The notes under the pieces were generated by a model that saw nothing but the letters and a program-made list of their open reading frames with translations, had not been told where the DNA came from and did no database searches. Both the position numbers and the translations under genes were made by a program. A DNA stretch of 64,000 nucleotides. Origin: Nitrospirota bacterium. GTDB taxonomy: Bacteria > Nitrospirota > Nitrospiria > 2-01-FULL-66-17. This document shows positions 21,396-30,541 of the stretch, one piece after another (within the stretch, counting starts at the first letter, position 1; every line of letters begins with the position of its first letter). The DNA is taken from NCBI GenBank assembly GCA_049325335.1, contig JBMOMC010000043.1, positions 373,852-437,851 on the forward strand. The letters run 5' to 3'.

Positions 21396-21446
21396 TACGA
21401 CATCAAGTACCGCATGGGGCGAGACGCGGAGGGCGAGGAGGATTGA
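21396..21446 (+). pseudogene. C-terminal stub of an Eco57I-like DNA methyltransferase / R-M protein
   Basis: Reads YDIKYRMGRDAEGEED-stop. I recall YDIKYRMG as the C-terminus of a family of Eco57I-domain methylases (not searched). Confidence 0.6.
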
Positions 21447-21449
21447 CTG

Positions 21450-22648
21450 ATGCCGCGTAAACCCACCAAGCCGAAAGCACCCCAAGGCGGTCTGAGCTTC
21501 ACCGCGTCGGTGGAAGCGGTCCGCCAAGTGCACGAGCACAGCGCGGCCGCGGCCGGCCGGGCGGTGAACACCAGCCTGACTCTGCGCACTGGGCCATCGG
21601 TTGCTACATCGTCGAGTACGAGCAGAACGGGGCCGACCGGGCGCAGTATGGAGAGCGCATGGTGGATCGCCTGGCCGAGGAGTTGCGCCGCCGCGGCGTC
21701 CCGGCCAGCGACCGCCAGAGGCTCTACGCCTACGTGGGCTTTTATCGCGCTTATCCGCAGATCGGTGAGGCGATTCCGGCCGCATGGGCCGTTCATGGTC
21801 TTTCTGCTGTGCCGACGCGACCGACCAAGATTGTCCGGTCACTGACCGGACAATCTGCCGATACCGCCAACGCAAAGGACATTGTCCGGTCAGCGACCGG
21901 AATAAGTCCGACCTCGGGGCAGATGCTCGTGGACCGCCTGTCCTACACCCACTTGGAACTGCTGGCCGGGCTGGACGACCCGCTCAAGCGCTCCTTTTAC
22001 GAGATCGAGTGCATCCGCGGTAACTGGTCGGTGCGAGCGCTCAAACGCCAGATCGCGACCCTGTATTTCGAGCGGTCGGGGCTGTCTACCGATAAGGACA
22101 AGCTGGCCGCCATGGCCCACGCCGCCGCCGAACAGGCCGAGCCGAGACTCGCGATCCGCGACCCCTACATTTTCGAGTTTCTCGGTCTGAACCCCAAGGA
22201 CGCGGCGGCCGAGTCGGACGTGGAGGACGCCCTGCTGGACAACGTGCAGGAGTTTCTGCTCGAGATGGGGCACGGCTTCTGCCTCGAAGCGCGGCAGAAG
22301 AGCATCGTGATCGGCAAGACGCGCGGCTTCGTGGACCTGGTCTTCTACCACCGCATCCTCAAGTGCCATGTGCTCATCGAGTTGAAGGTGGACGAGTTCC
22401 GCCACGAACACTTAGGCCAGCTCAACACCTACGTGACCTGGTATCGCCAGCACATGATGGCCGACGGCGACAACCCGCCGATCGGCCTCCTGCTCTGCAC
22501 GCAGAAAGATCACGCGCTGGTGGAATACGCCGTAGCCGCCATCGACAGCCGCCTGTTCGTCTCCAAATACCAGCTCGAACTGCCGAGCAAGGAAGATCTC
22601 CAGCGGTTCCTGGAGGACAAGCGCCGGGAGATGGGCGATCATGGGTGA
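21450..22648 (+). pseudogene. yhcG: YhcG / DUF1016 PD-(D/E)xK nuclease, frameshifted near 21588
   Basis: N-terminal ...RAVNTSLTLR continues as WAIGCYIVEYEQ..RAQYG in another frame (CGC AC TGG; one base missing). C-terminal RDPYIFEFL, FLLEMG.GF, DLVFYHR.LKC.VLIELK and GQLNTY. Confidence 0.85.
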
Positions 22649-23270
22649 AGGGAAGAGACAACCTCCCGTGGCACAGCGCATCGGACGCGGAGCCAGGGAG
22701 TACCCGGCGATCCTCCTTTCCCGCCTTGGCGACCACGCCCCCGAGGAATTGACCGCGCTCGGCAACCCGGCGCTGCTTTGCACGCGCAGGACCGCGCTGT
22801 TCTGCTCCGCCCGCACGCCCGGCGACGCCATCCTGCGCGCCCACGACGCGGCCCGGCGCCTGCGCGATGAGGGCGTCACGGTCATCAGCGGCTTTCACTC
22901 GCCGATCGAGAAGGAGTGCCTGCACATCCTTCTGCGTGGCAAACAGCCCATCATCATCTGCCCCGCACGCGCCATCGAGACGATGCGCATCCCTAATGAG
23001 TGCCGCGCCGCGTTTGACGCAGGGCGAGTGCTGTTCCTGTCGCCAGTTACGACACAACCCAAGCGTGTGACCAAAGAGTCGGCCCTTCGCCGGAACGAGG
23101 CTGTCGCTGCTCTGGCGGACGCGGCCTATATCGCACATGTATTCCCGAATGGCCAAACCGAACACATCGCGGCGATGCTCGAACGATGGGGCGTTCCGAT
23201 GTTGGAGGATGGTCGGGGTAAGGGAAAGGCTCGTGATCAGGTCTTGCCCTGCAACACAGGATGCGCTTGA
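22641..23270 (+). CDS. Short DprA/SMF-like SLOG-fold protein
   Basis: GNPALL, ALFCS, VISGFHSPIEKE, IICPAR and RRNEAVAALAD. Confidence 0.75.
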   Translation: MGEGKRQPPVAQRIGRGAREYPAILLSRLGDHAPEELTALGNPALLCTRRTALFCSARTPGDAILRAHDAARRLRDEGVTVISGFHSPIEKECLHILLRGKQPIIICPARAIETMRIPNECRAAFDAGRVLFLSPVTTQPKRVTKESALRRNEAVAALADAAYIAHVFPNGQTEHIAAMLERWGVPMLEDGRGKGKARDQVLPCNTGCA

Positions 23271-23409
23271 GGTGAGAGCGTCGTGGGTGGTCGGTTGCCT
23301 GTCAGGGGCTGCGCCCAACGAGACATCCCTCAGAGGGGCCTCCGGGCCTAGCCTAGTTATCGGGCAGATCACTCCCTGCGGGACGCTGCTTAATGCGTCG
23401 AATCCGGGT

Positions 23410-23616
23410 TCACCGGGTTTTCCGTTTCGTCGTGTCCACCCCGAACTTTGCGTTGAGCGGGCAGTAGCCGGTGAAAGCCGTGGCAATCCCCAGCAGCGCG
23501 ACGAGCGCGAAGATGATTTTTAGGAGGATACTCCCGGTGACAAATGTGAGCGCCAGGGAGAGAAAGCCGATTCCGAATCGGTAGAAGCGGTCCAGACCGC
23601 CGACGTTCTTTTGCAT
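23410..23616 (-). CDS. DUF2892 / YgaP-like small membrane protein
   Basis: KNVGGLDRFYR, two TM helices, GYCPLNAKFG; GGAGG RBS. Confidence 0.85.
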   Translation of the reverse strand: MQKNVGGLDRFYRFGIGFLSLALTFVTGSILLKIIFALVALLGIATAFTGYCPLNAKFGVDTTKRKTR

Positions 23617-23669
23617 GGTCACCTCCGCGTGCTGCTCAGCATGTCTCGTCGCGTCATCCCGACAGTCCA

Positions 23670-23948
23670 TTGGCTAAGAGGCGCATCGAACTCGGCGTGG
23701 CGGCGCAAGGCGCTGAATCGGTGTTTTACACCCGCGACACCGGCGCGGGATTCGACATGCAGTACGCGGACAAACTCTTGCGCGCGTTCGAGCGGCTCCA
23801 CGCCCAGAGCGAATTCGACGTCACCGGGATCGGTCTGGCCACCGTGGATCGCATCATCCGCCGCCACGGTGGGAGGATCTGGGCGGATGCGGAGCCGGGC
23901 CGCGGCGCGACTTTCCGATTTACTTTAGCGGCGAACCGATCAGGCTAA
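23670..23948 (+). pseudogene. Histidine kinase HATPase_c C-terminal fragment
   Basis: RDTGAGFDM..ADKL..FERLH..TGIGLATV.RII.RHGG.IW only; no N-box or HisKA region; degenerate G1/F/G2 residues. Confidence 0.75.
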
Positions 23949-24272
23949 GATGCCCAGAACGTTTTCCTCACGGACCATCACGAACTCTTCGTTGTCGATG
24001 GTAACTTTCGAGCCCGCATACCGCTCGTAGAGGACCTTGTCCCCCGGCTTGAGCGTGGTCTTGACATAGACCTTGTCTTCGGCCGCGGTTTTTTTCTTGC
24101 CGGAACGGTAGTCGTCGTCTTTGGACTTCCAGCGGCCTTCGCCGATTGCGATCACTTCACCTTCTTGCGGTTTTTCCTTGGCCGAGTCCGGGATGTACAG
24201 ACCACCCGCCGTCCGTTCGTCACCGGACGACTGTTTGATCACGGCCCAATCGTGTAACGGTCGAATCTTCAT
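23940..24272 (-). CDS. groES: Co-chaperonin GroES, stand-alone
   Basis: MKIRPLHD, TAGGLYIPDSAKEKPQEGEVIAIG, GDKVLY..YAG; strong GGAGGAGG RBS. Confidence 0.93.
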   Translation of the reverse strand: MKIRPLHDWAVIKQSSGDERTAGGLYIPDSAKEKPQEGEVIAIGEGRWKSKDDDYRSGKKKTAAEDKVYVKTTLKPGDKVLYERYAGSKVTIDNEEFVMVREENVLGILA

Positions 24273-24390
24273 AGCTACCTCCTCCCCTCGCTTGCGTAAC
24301 GCAACGCAGGCGCGTCTTTTGCGCCGAGGCTGCGAGACGCTGTTGACCTTATCTGTGGAGAAGAATTATAGGGATCAGGTCCGTCCCGAA

Positions 24391-25827
24391 TCAAGCCGTT
24401 CCGCGGTCCCGTTGGGCGCGGGGGTCCATGGCGTCGCGCACCACGTCGGCAAAGAGGTTGGCGGACAGCACCAATGCGAGCATGAAGGTGAACGCGGCCG
24501 CGAGCGACCACCACACCATGGGCTCACGCGCCATTTCCAGACGGGCGCCGTTGATCATGGTGCCCCAACTGATGGTGGTGGGGTCCACGCCCACGCCCAC
24601 GTAGGACAAGACCGCTTCGGCCAGCACCAGGCCGGAAAAGTCCAAGACCACGGTGATGAGCACGATGTGCATCACATTGGGCAGAAGGTGTCGCAGCATG
24701 ATGGTCATGGACCCTGCACCATACGCCCGTGCGGCCTGGATATATTCGGCTTCGCGCAGCTTGAGGGTTTCGCCGCGCAGCAAGCGGCACAACCCGGTCC
24801 AACTCGTTACGCCCAAGATGGCGCACAGAAACAACAGGCGCGCGTCCGCGCGCACCGCCGCGGTGTCGAAGAGGTCGGGATGGAGCGCAATATACGCCTG
24901 GAGCGTCAAGATGGCGGCGGCGATGAGCAACACGCCGGGGATCGAACTCAACGTGGTGTACACGTATTGGATCAGGTCGTCCGCCCAACCCCTCCAGTAC
25001 CCGGCCATAATACCCAGCATGACCGCAAACGGCAGCATGATGAGCGTGGTGAGCGTGCCGATCACGATACCGGTGCGGATACTCTTGAGCGACAGATACA
25101 ACACATCGTTGCCCACCTTGTCGGTACCCAGCACGTGGTACTTCACGGCCCAATGGCCGATCACGAAGCCGAGCACGATCAGCGCGCCGAGCGTGACGAG
25201 GATCACGCGCCAGGGGGTATCCGTGCGGCCCTGCGCCAACCGCGCGAACATCTCGGTCCACGCGAGGCGGTGACGCCGCGCTTGCCACGTCACCAGCAGC
25301 AGGACGATCACCAGCCAGACCAGCAATCCCCGCATGAACCCGGCGATCGCCGTGGTCGCGATGTCCGGCCCGCGGTCCGTCGTGGGATCGGCCAGGTGCG
25401 CGCCGCCGTACTGTAACCGGGGGAAATCCCGCGCCTGCGTGCCGTCGGGTCGTTCGATGGTTTCTTTCGCGTACGAGTGGGCGGCGAACGGGGCGGAGTA
25501 CGTCTTTTCGCCGCGCGTTTTGAGCGGAAGGACCACGGTGTCGAGCAGGCTCACCACTTCGGTCGAGTAATCCACGCGATCCACGCTCCCCGGGGTGTCC
25601 GACGGGGGGAGCGGCAGGCGGAAGTGCATTGAGTCCAACAGGCCGACGGTCGCGTACGCGCACAAGACGACCAACGCGGCCATGCCCAGCGGGTGTCGCC
25701 GCACGTGGCGCCACGGCGCGCGCAAGTGCTCGCGCGTGCTCGCGTACCAGCCGGCGGCCACGGCGACCCCGACCAACACGAACAGCAGGGCGTCCGTCCA
25801 TAACACGACCGGCTTGACCGGGATCAT
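24391..25827 (-). CDS. Peptide/nickel ABC transporter permease (DppC-like)
   Basis: LGTDKVG.DV, EYIQAARAYG, RHLLPN, EAVLSYVG. Confidence 0.9.
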   Translation of the reverse strand: MIPVKPVVLWTDALLFVLVGVAVAAGWYASTREHLRAPWRHVRRHPLGMAALVVLCAYATVGLLDSMHFRLPLPPSDTPGSVDRVDYSTEVVSLLDTVVLPLKTRGEKTYSAPFAAHSYAKETIERPDGTQARDFPRLQYGGAHLADPTTDRGPDIATTAIAGFMRGLLVWLVIVLLLVTWQARRHRLAWTEMFARLAQGRTDTPWRVILVTLGALIVLGFVIGHWAVKYHVLGTDKVGNDVLYLSLKSIRTGIVIGTLTTLIMLPFAVMLGIMAGYWRGWADDLIQYVYTTLSSIPGVLLIAAAILTLQAYIALHPDLFDTAAVRADARLLFLCAILGVTSWTGLCRLLRGETLKLREAEYIQAARAYGAGSMTIMLRHLLPNVMHIVLITVVLDFSGLVLAEAVLSYVGVGVDPTTISWGTMINGARLEMAREPMVWWSLAAAFTFMLALVLSANLFADVVRDAMDPRAQRDRGTA

Positions 25828-26801
25828 TCCAGGCGTACCCGTGGATCCACCAGTGTGTACGATACGTCGGTCAGGATCAGGCCCACGATGTACAGCGTCG
25901 AACCCAAAAACACCATGGCGCGGACAATGCCGAAATCCTGCGAGCGAATCCCGTCGATGGTATAGCTGCCCAAGCCCGGCACGCCGAAAAACGATTCTAG
26001 GATCAGGCTGCCGAGAAACAGCGACGGAATGATCACCACCACGCCGGTCAGGATCGGGATCAGGGCGTTCTTGAGCCCGTGTTTAAAGAGCACGCGAACT
26101 TCCGACAACCCTTTGGCGCGCGCGGTGCGAATGTAGTCCTTGGAGATCTCTTCGAGAAAAATCGTGCGATACAGTCGCGTGCTTCCGCCAATGCCGCTGA
26201 TGATGCCCACGACCACGGGCAGGACCAAAAACTTCGCGGCGGCAAAGCCGGTGTCGTACCCGGAGATCGGGGTGAGGTTTAAGAGCTTGCCGATCACGTA
26301 TTGCCCGCCGATCACATAAAACAGCGTGGAAATGGACAACAGGATCACGCACGTGACCACGCCCCACAGATCGAGATAGGTGCCGCGAAAAAACGCGAGC
26401 GTCATGGCGAACGTGATGTTGAGCAACATGCCGACCGCGAACATGGGCAGGGCGATGGCAAGGCTGGGCCACATGCGCTGCCCGATGTCCTCGCTGATGT
26501 CGCGGCCGTCGTCCGCGCGGCCGAAGTCGAATGCAAACAGCGCGAGCGATTTCTCGAAGAAGATCGTGTCGGTCATTTTGTCGGCGCCGGGAGCCGCGGT
26601 GTTCCAGAGCACGGGTTTGTCGTACCCGTGCTCGTGTTTCCACTTGGCGATGGCTTCGGGCGTGACGCGTTTGATCCCGAGGTGGATGCGCGCCATGTTG
26701 TCGGGCGGATTCACCACGAAAAACAACACGAACGTGATCAGGTTCACGCCGATGAGAATCGGGATCGCGTACAGCGCGCGGCGGATCAAGTACCGGATCA
26801 T
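25824..26801 (-). CDS. Peptide/nickel ABC transporter permease (DppB-like)
   Basis: YLIRR, DFG, DYIRTARAKGL, KHGLKNAL, ESFFGVPGLG; start ATG 26801. Confidence 0.9.
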   Translation of the reverse strand: MIRYLIRRALYAIPILIGVNLITFVLFFVVNPPDNMARIHLGIKRVTPEAIAKWKHEHGYDKPVLWNTAAPGADKMTDTIFFEKSLALFAFDFGRADDGRDISEDIGQRMWPSLAIALPMFAVGMLLNITFAMTLAFFRGTYLDLWGVVTCVILLSISTLFYVIGGQYVIGKLLNLTPISGYDTGFAAAKFLVLPVVVGIISGIGGSTRLYRTIFLEEISKDYIRTARAKGLSEVRVLFKHGLKNALIPILTGVVVIIPSLFLGSLILESFFGVPGLGSYTIDGIRSQDFGIVRAMVFLGSTLYIVGLILTDVSYTLVDPRVRLE

Positions 26802-28984
26802 GCGGCTGACCGATTTCGGCGGAGATACCCGATCACCGCGGGCAAGACCACGGCCACGGGCAGCAGGAGGGCCACGGCCACCGGCGCGAGGTGTGGACGG
26901 TTCCACTCGGCGCGACGCTGCGATCGTGGGCCGGGCTCGATCCGTTTGTACTTGAGCGTGTTGTTCGCCATCAAATTCGGTTTGGCGTTTTGGTACCACG
27001 CGTGGTGCAAGGTGAACTGTTTGGGGTGGAACCCGAACGCCCAGGGCGCGTCGCGCCGGACGATCTCGACCATCTGATCGATGAGGGCCTGTCGCTCCGG
27101 GCCATTGTCCATATTCTTCATGCGCTCGAACAGCCGGTCGAATTCCGCGTTCTGGTAATTGGCCGCGTTTTCACCGTTTTTCCCGACCTTGGCGTTGGGG
27201 CCGTACAGGAGAAAGAGGAAATTCTCCGGGTCCGGGTAGTCCGCGTTCCACCCCCATTGAAATATCTGCGCGGAGCCGTTGAGCATCTTGTCCTGAAACC
27301 GGTTGTAGTCCGTGTCGCGGATTTCCAATTCAATGTCGATTTTGGCGAATTGTTTGCGCACCCAGTCCAGCCGCGCCTTGTCATCGGGTCCGCCCGCCGT
27401 GACGTCGAAATGGAGCACCAAGGGTTTGCCGGTTTGACTGTCGCGGCCGTTGGGGTAGCCGGCTTCGGCCAGCAGGTCTTTGGCGCGATCGATCGATTTG
27501 CGCCGCGGCTGATCATCCGCCCAGTCAAAGACGTACGGATTGATCCCACGGGCCCCGTCCACATACCCGAAAATGCCGGGAGGAATGGGACCTTGCGCCG
27601 CGCTGCCGCGCCCGTTGCGAAAGATGGAAATGAACTCGTCGTCGTCGTACGCGATCGAGATGGCTTGGCGGAGTTTGCGGGCCCCATCGGAGTACCCACC
27701 GAGCACGGGATCGAGCATGTTGAAGCCCAGATAAAAAATCGATGTTTCCACCGACGTGATGAGGCGGATGCCCTTGGCCTGCATCGCGTCGGTGAGCCCC
27801 ACCTCGCCGTGCCCGCTCATTTGCACGGCTTGATCGAACGTCTCGGAACTGATGCCGCTCACGTCGTAGTAGCCCTGGAGAAACTTGTTCCAGTACGGGA
27901 TGCTTTCTTTTTCCAAGCTGTATACGGCCTTGTCAATGAACGGCAAGGGTTTGTCCGCGTCCGCGAGGAACCCCGCGGTCTGGTCGGTCGCCTCGCCCTC
28001 CGAGGGGTAGCGCTCGCCGTGGAAATTGGGGTTGCGCTCCATGACCATCTGCCGATTGGGGTTGTTGACGGTGAGCATGAACGGACCGGTGCCCACCGGA
28101 TACCAATCCAACGTGAGGTTTTTTTCGGCCATGCCGGGCTGCGAATAAAAGCGATCGACTTCCACCGGGATCGGCGCGAAAAACGGCATGGCGAGCCAGT
28201 ACACCATTTGCGGGTACTTGCCCTTGACCGTGAGCCGATAGGTGTAGCGATCAATGACCACCGCGCCGTCGAGCGGATACCGCGTTAGGTCGAGGAATTC
28301 CGTCGGGTGATCGGCCAAGGCCTTTTCCAGGGTGGTCCCATACTCGCCCAGGCCCACGATGTATTCGCTCATCAGGCCGAAGATCGGGGAGTGGAGCTTG
28401 GGGTGGGCCAGCCGCTTGATCTGGTACACGTAGTCGTCGGCCGTGAGTTCGCGCGTGCCGGTCTTCGGAAAATCCGCGAGCGTGGACACGCGCTCGAGAT
28501 CACGTGGCGTGAGGTTGTGATAGCTGAAACGTCCCGCGGCGTCCGTGGCAAACGCAGGGTGGGGTTGATACAGGACCCCGTGCTGAATGCGGATGTCGTA
28601 CGCGCTGTATACGATCCGTTCGATCGGCACGGAATCGGGCAGCCGTTGGTGCTGCGCATCAAAATACGCGGGTTTTGGTACTGCGGTCGCGGTCAGCGCC
28701 ACGAGTTCGTAGGGGCGTTTGAGAAAGTGGTACTGAAGCGGCGGCTCGTAAATCTGCGCCGTAAACGCGGCTTCGTTGGAGCTGTATGAGCGTGCGGGGT
28801 CCAGGTGTTTGGGCCGCTCGTCGAACGAGGAGTAGAGAATGTTCTGGTTGTCCTGCGACGCGGGGTACGGCGTATTCCAGGGGCGATTGGAGCAGGCGAG
28901 CAGGCCGACCTGGAGACCCAGTACGGCCGTGATCAGCGTGGTCAGGCGGGTTGGACGCGAACGAGCCCCCGGCATGAGGGGCAT
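26798..28984 (-). CDS. ABC substrate-binding protein family 5 (lipoprotein with C-terminal TM helix)
   Basis: Lipobox LLAC, LDPA, PVGTGPF, WNADYPDPENFL. Confidence 0.9.
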   Translation of the reverse strand: MPLMPGARSRPTRLTTLITAVLGLQVGLLACSNRPWNTPYPASQDNQNILYSSFDERPKHLDPARSYSSNEAAFTAQIYEPPLQYHFLKRPYELVALTATAVPKPAYFDAQHQRLPDSVPIERIVYSAYDIRIQHGVLYQPHPAFATDAAGRFSYHNLTPRDLERVSTLADFPKTGTRELTADDYVYQIKRLAHPKLHSPIFGLMSEYIVGLGEYGTTLEKALADHPTEFLDLTRYPLDGAVVIDRYTYRLTVKGKYPQMVYWLAMPFFAPIPVEVDRFYSQPGMAEKNLTLDWYPVGTGPFMLTVNNPNRQMVMERNPNFHGERYPSEGEATDQTAGFLADADKPLPFIDKAVYSLEKESIPYWNKFLQGYYDVSGISSETFDQAVQMSGHGEVGLTDAMQAKGIRLITSVETSIFYLGFNMLDPVLGGYSDGARKLRQAISIAYDDDEFISIFRNGRGSAAQGPIPPGIFGYVDGARGINPYVFDWADDQPRRKSIDRAKDLLAEAGYPNGRDSQTGKPLVLHFDVTAGGPDDKARLDWVRKQFAKIDIELEIRDTDYNRFQDKMLNGSAQIFQWGWNADYPDPENFLFLLYGPNAKVGKNGENAANYQNAEFDRLFERMKNMDNGPERQALIDQMVEIVRRDAPWAFGFHPKQFTLHHAWYQNAKPNLMANNTLKYKRIEPGPRSQRRAEWNRPHLAPVAVALLLPVAVVLPAVIGYLRRNRSAA

Positions 28985-29025
28985 CGTAGTGAAGCGTTCA
29001 GGCGAAAGTCAAACTTCAGGGACGA

Positions 29026-29235
29026 TCAGCCGAACACCATCCACGCCGTGGTCAGTCCCGCGGCGAAGCCCATGACCAGGATCGTGATCACGGCGATCAC
29101 GCCCATGGATCCCGCGGTCTCCAGCGCTTCGACCACGGCCTGTTGGCAGCAGCGCGCCGTTGGTTTCGGGACGGCGTGCGTTGCGGTGTGGATGATCGTG
29201 GAGTCAAATACCATCGGGGATGCCGCATGGCCCAT
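29026..29235 (-). CDS. Small hypothetical protein with C-terminal TM helix
   Basis: AAGGAG RBS 6 nt before ATG; hydrophobic C-terminus; fills an intergenic gap. Confidence 0.55.
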   Translation of the reverse strand: MGHAASPMVFDSTIIHTATHAVPKPTARCCQQAVVEALETAGSMGVIAVITILVMGFAAGLTTAWMVFG

Positions 29236-29307
29236 GAGGAGCTCCTTGGTGATCCCGCGGGCAAGAGGCCCGTCGGGTGGTGGCTACTGTCCGCGGGTTG
29301 ATCATAA

Positions 29308-29323
29308 TTCAAGGCCCATGCCA
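29308..29323 (-). promoter_or_regulatory. Sigma54-like -24/-12 element
   Basis: Minus strand TGGCATGGGCCTTGAA (GG-N10-GA, one mismatch at -12). Confidence 0.4.
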
Positions 29324-29416
29324 CGGAAATCCATGGTTGTGGTGGCTCCGACCGTGTCCGGCGACGGAAATGTGGCGGAAGTTGGGGCTTTGTGACGGAT
29401 ATTCGGCGTCGCCGGA

Positions 29417-30541
29417 TTACGCCGCGGTCCGGGCTCGGATCAGCGCGATAAAATGCCGCGCCAAACGTTCCTCGAAATGCGTGCCGATCCGGGTTTCCAG
29501 CATGGCGATGATGTCTTCGGACGGGCGCGAGTCCTGGTACGGGCGGTTGGTGCGCAGCGCGTCGTAGAAGTCAGACAAGGAGGTCAACATGCTGCACAGG
29601 TGTTGGGTACGCGGGCGCGGCAGCGCCGGGTACCCCGACACGTTGTACAACATGTGGTGTTCGTACGCGACGATGGAAGCCAACTTCGGGATGTTGGGGT
29701 TGCGCAGCAGCAGGATCGAGCCGGAGATTGGGTGTTTCTTCATCTCTTCGTATTCGTGCGGCTCCAGCTTGCCGGCTTTCTTGAGGATGTGCGCCGGCAC
29801 CAAGGTCTTGCCGATGTCGTGCAGCATGGCGGCCACGCCGAAATCGTGGATCAACCGCTTGGGTACGCCGAGCGATTCGGCTTGCGCCATGGTCAGGATC
29901 GCGATGTTGATGGCATGGGTGTACGTGTATTCGTCGTAACTCTTGAGGCTAGCCAGCGAAATCAGCGACGATTGATTGGCGAACAGTTGATCTTCCAGCA
30001 CCCGCATGATGTGTTCGACCTGATCCATCACCAGGCCCTGGATCTCGTCCCAGCCCTCGAAGATCTCTTGGAGCGCGTTCACCTGCGGCGACAAGTCCAC
30101 GTGCGCGGGTTGCGCGGACTGCGTCGGGGTTTGGCTGCTGATTTTGCCGGTTTGGACGTGGGGCAGGGCCGGGATCGCGCCGGCCGCCAGCCCTTCGACT
30201 AATGCCAGCAACTCGTGGCCTTCCAGTCCCTTGGTCAACACGAGGAGTTCGATCTGTTGAAGTTTGAGCTTCGCGCGCAGATCGTGCGCCACCATTTCCA
30301 ATTCTAGACTGCGGACGTCGTCCACGAAAAGGCGATCGTCGAGCGCCACGATCCGGATCTCGTCGCGTTCCTCGAACAACCCGCCCAGGCTGCAGACCAA
30401 TTCGTTCGACGCTTCCCGGAGCTGCGGGTGGGAGGGCGGATACAACGACCGGCCGCGCAGCACGCGGCTCAATTGTTTGAGCAGGCGATACCGCGGGTCC
30501 GCGGCGATGGCGGACATCGACCACTCAGGCAGTGCGCCCAT
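29417..30541 (-). CDS. HD-GYP phosphodiesterase with uncharacterised N-terminal domain
   Basis: YTYTH, LHDIGK, HP..G, EHH....SGYP, DFYDAL...RPY; GGAG RBS before ATG 30541. Confidence 0.9.
   Translation of the reverse strand: MGALPEWSMSAIAADPRYRLLKQLSRVLRGRSLYPPSHPQLREASNELVCSLGGLFEERDEIRIVALDDRLFVDDVRSLELEMVAHDLRAKLKLQQIELLVLTKGLEGHELLALVEGLAAGAIPALPHVQTGKISSQTPTQSAQPAHVDLSPQVNALQEIFEGWDEIQGLVMDQVEHIMRVLEDQLFANQSSLISLASLKSYDEYTYTHAINIAILTMAQAESLGVPKRLIHDFGVAAMLHDIGKTLVPAHILKKAGKLEPHEYEEMKKHPISGSILLLRNPNIPKLASIVAYEHHMLYNVSGYPALPRPRTQHLCSMLTSLSDFYDALRTNRPYQDSRPSEDIIAMLETRIGTHFEERLARHFIALIRARTAA

Noticed and set aside
12131..23410. tRNA-Leu as the integration site of the defence island
   Set aside because: Two core-like genes lie between the tRNA and the island; no duplicated tRNA 3' end and no integrase was found.
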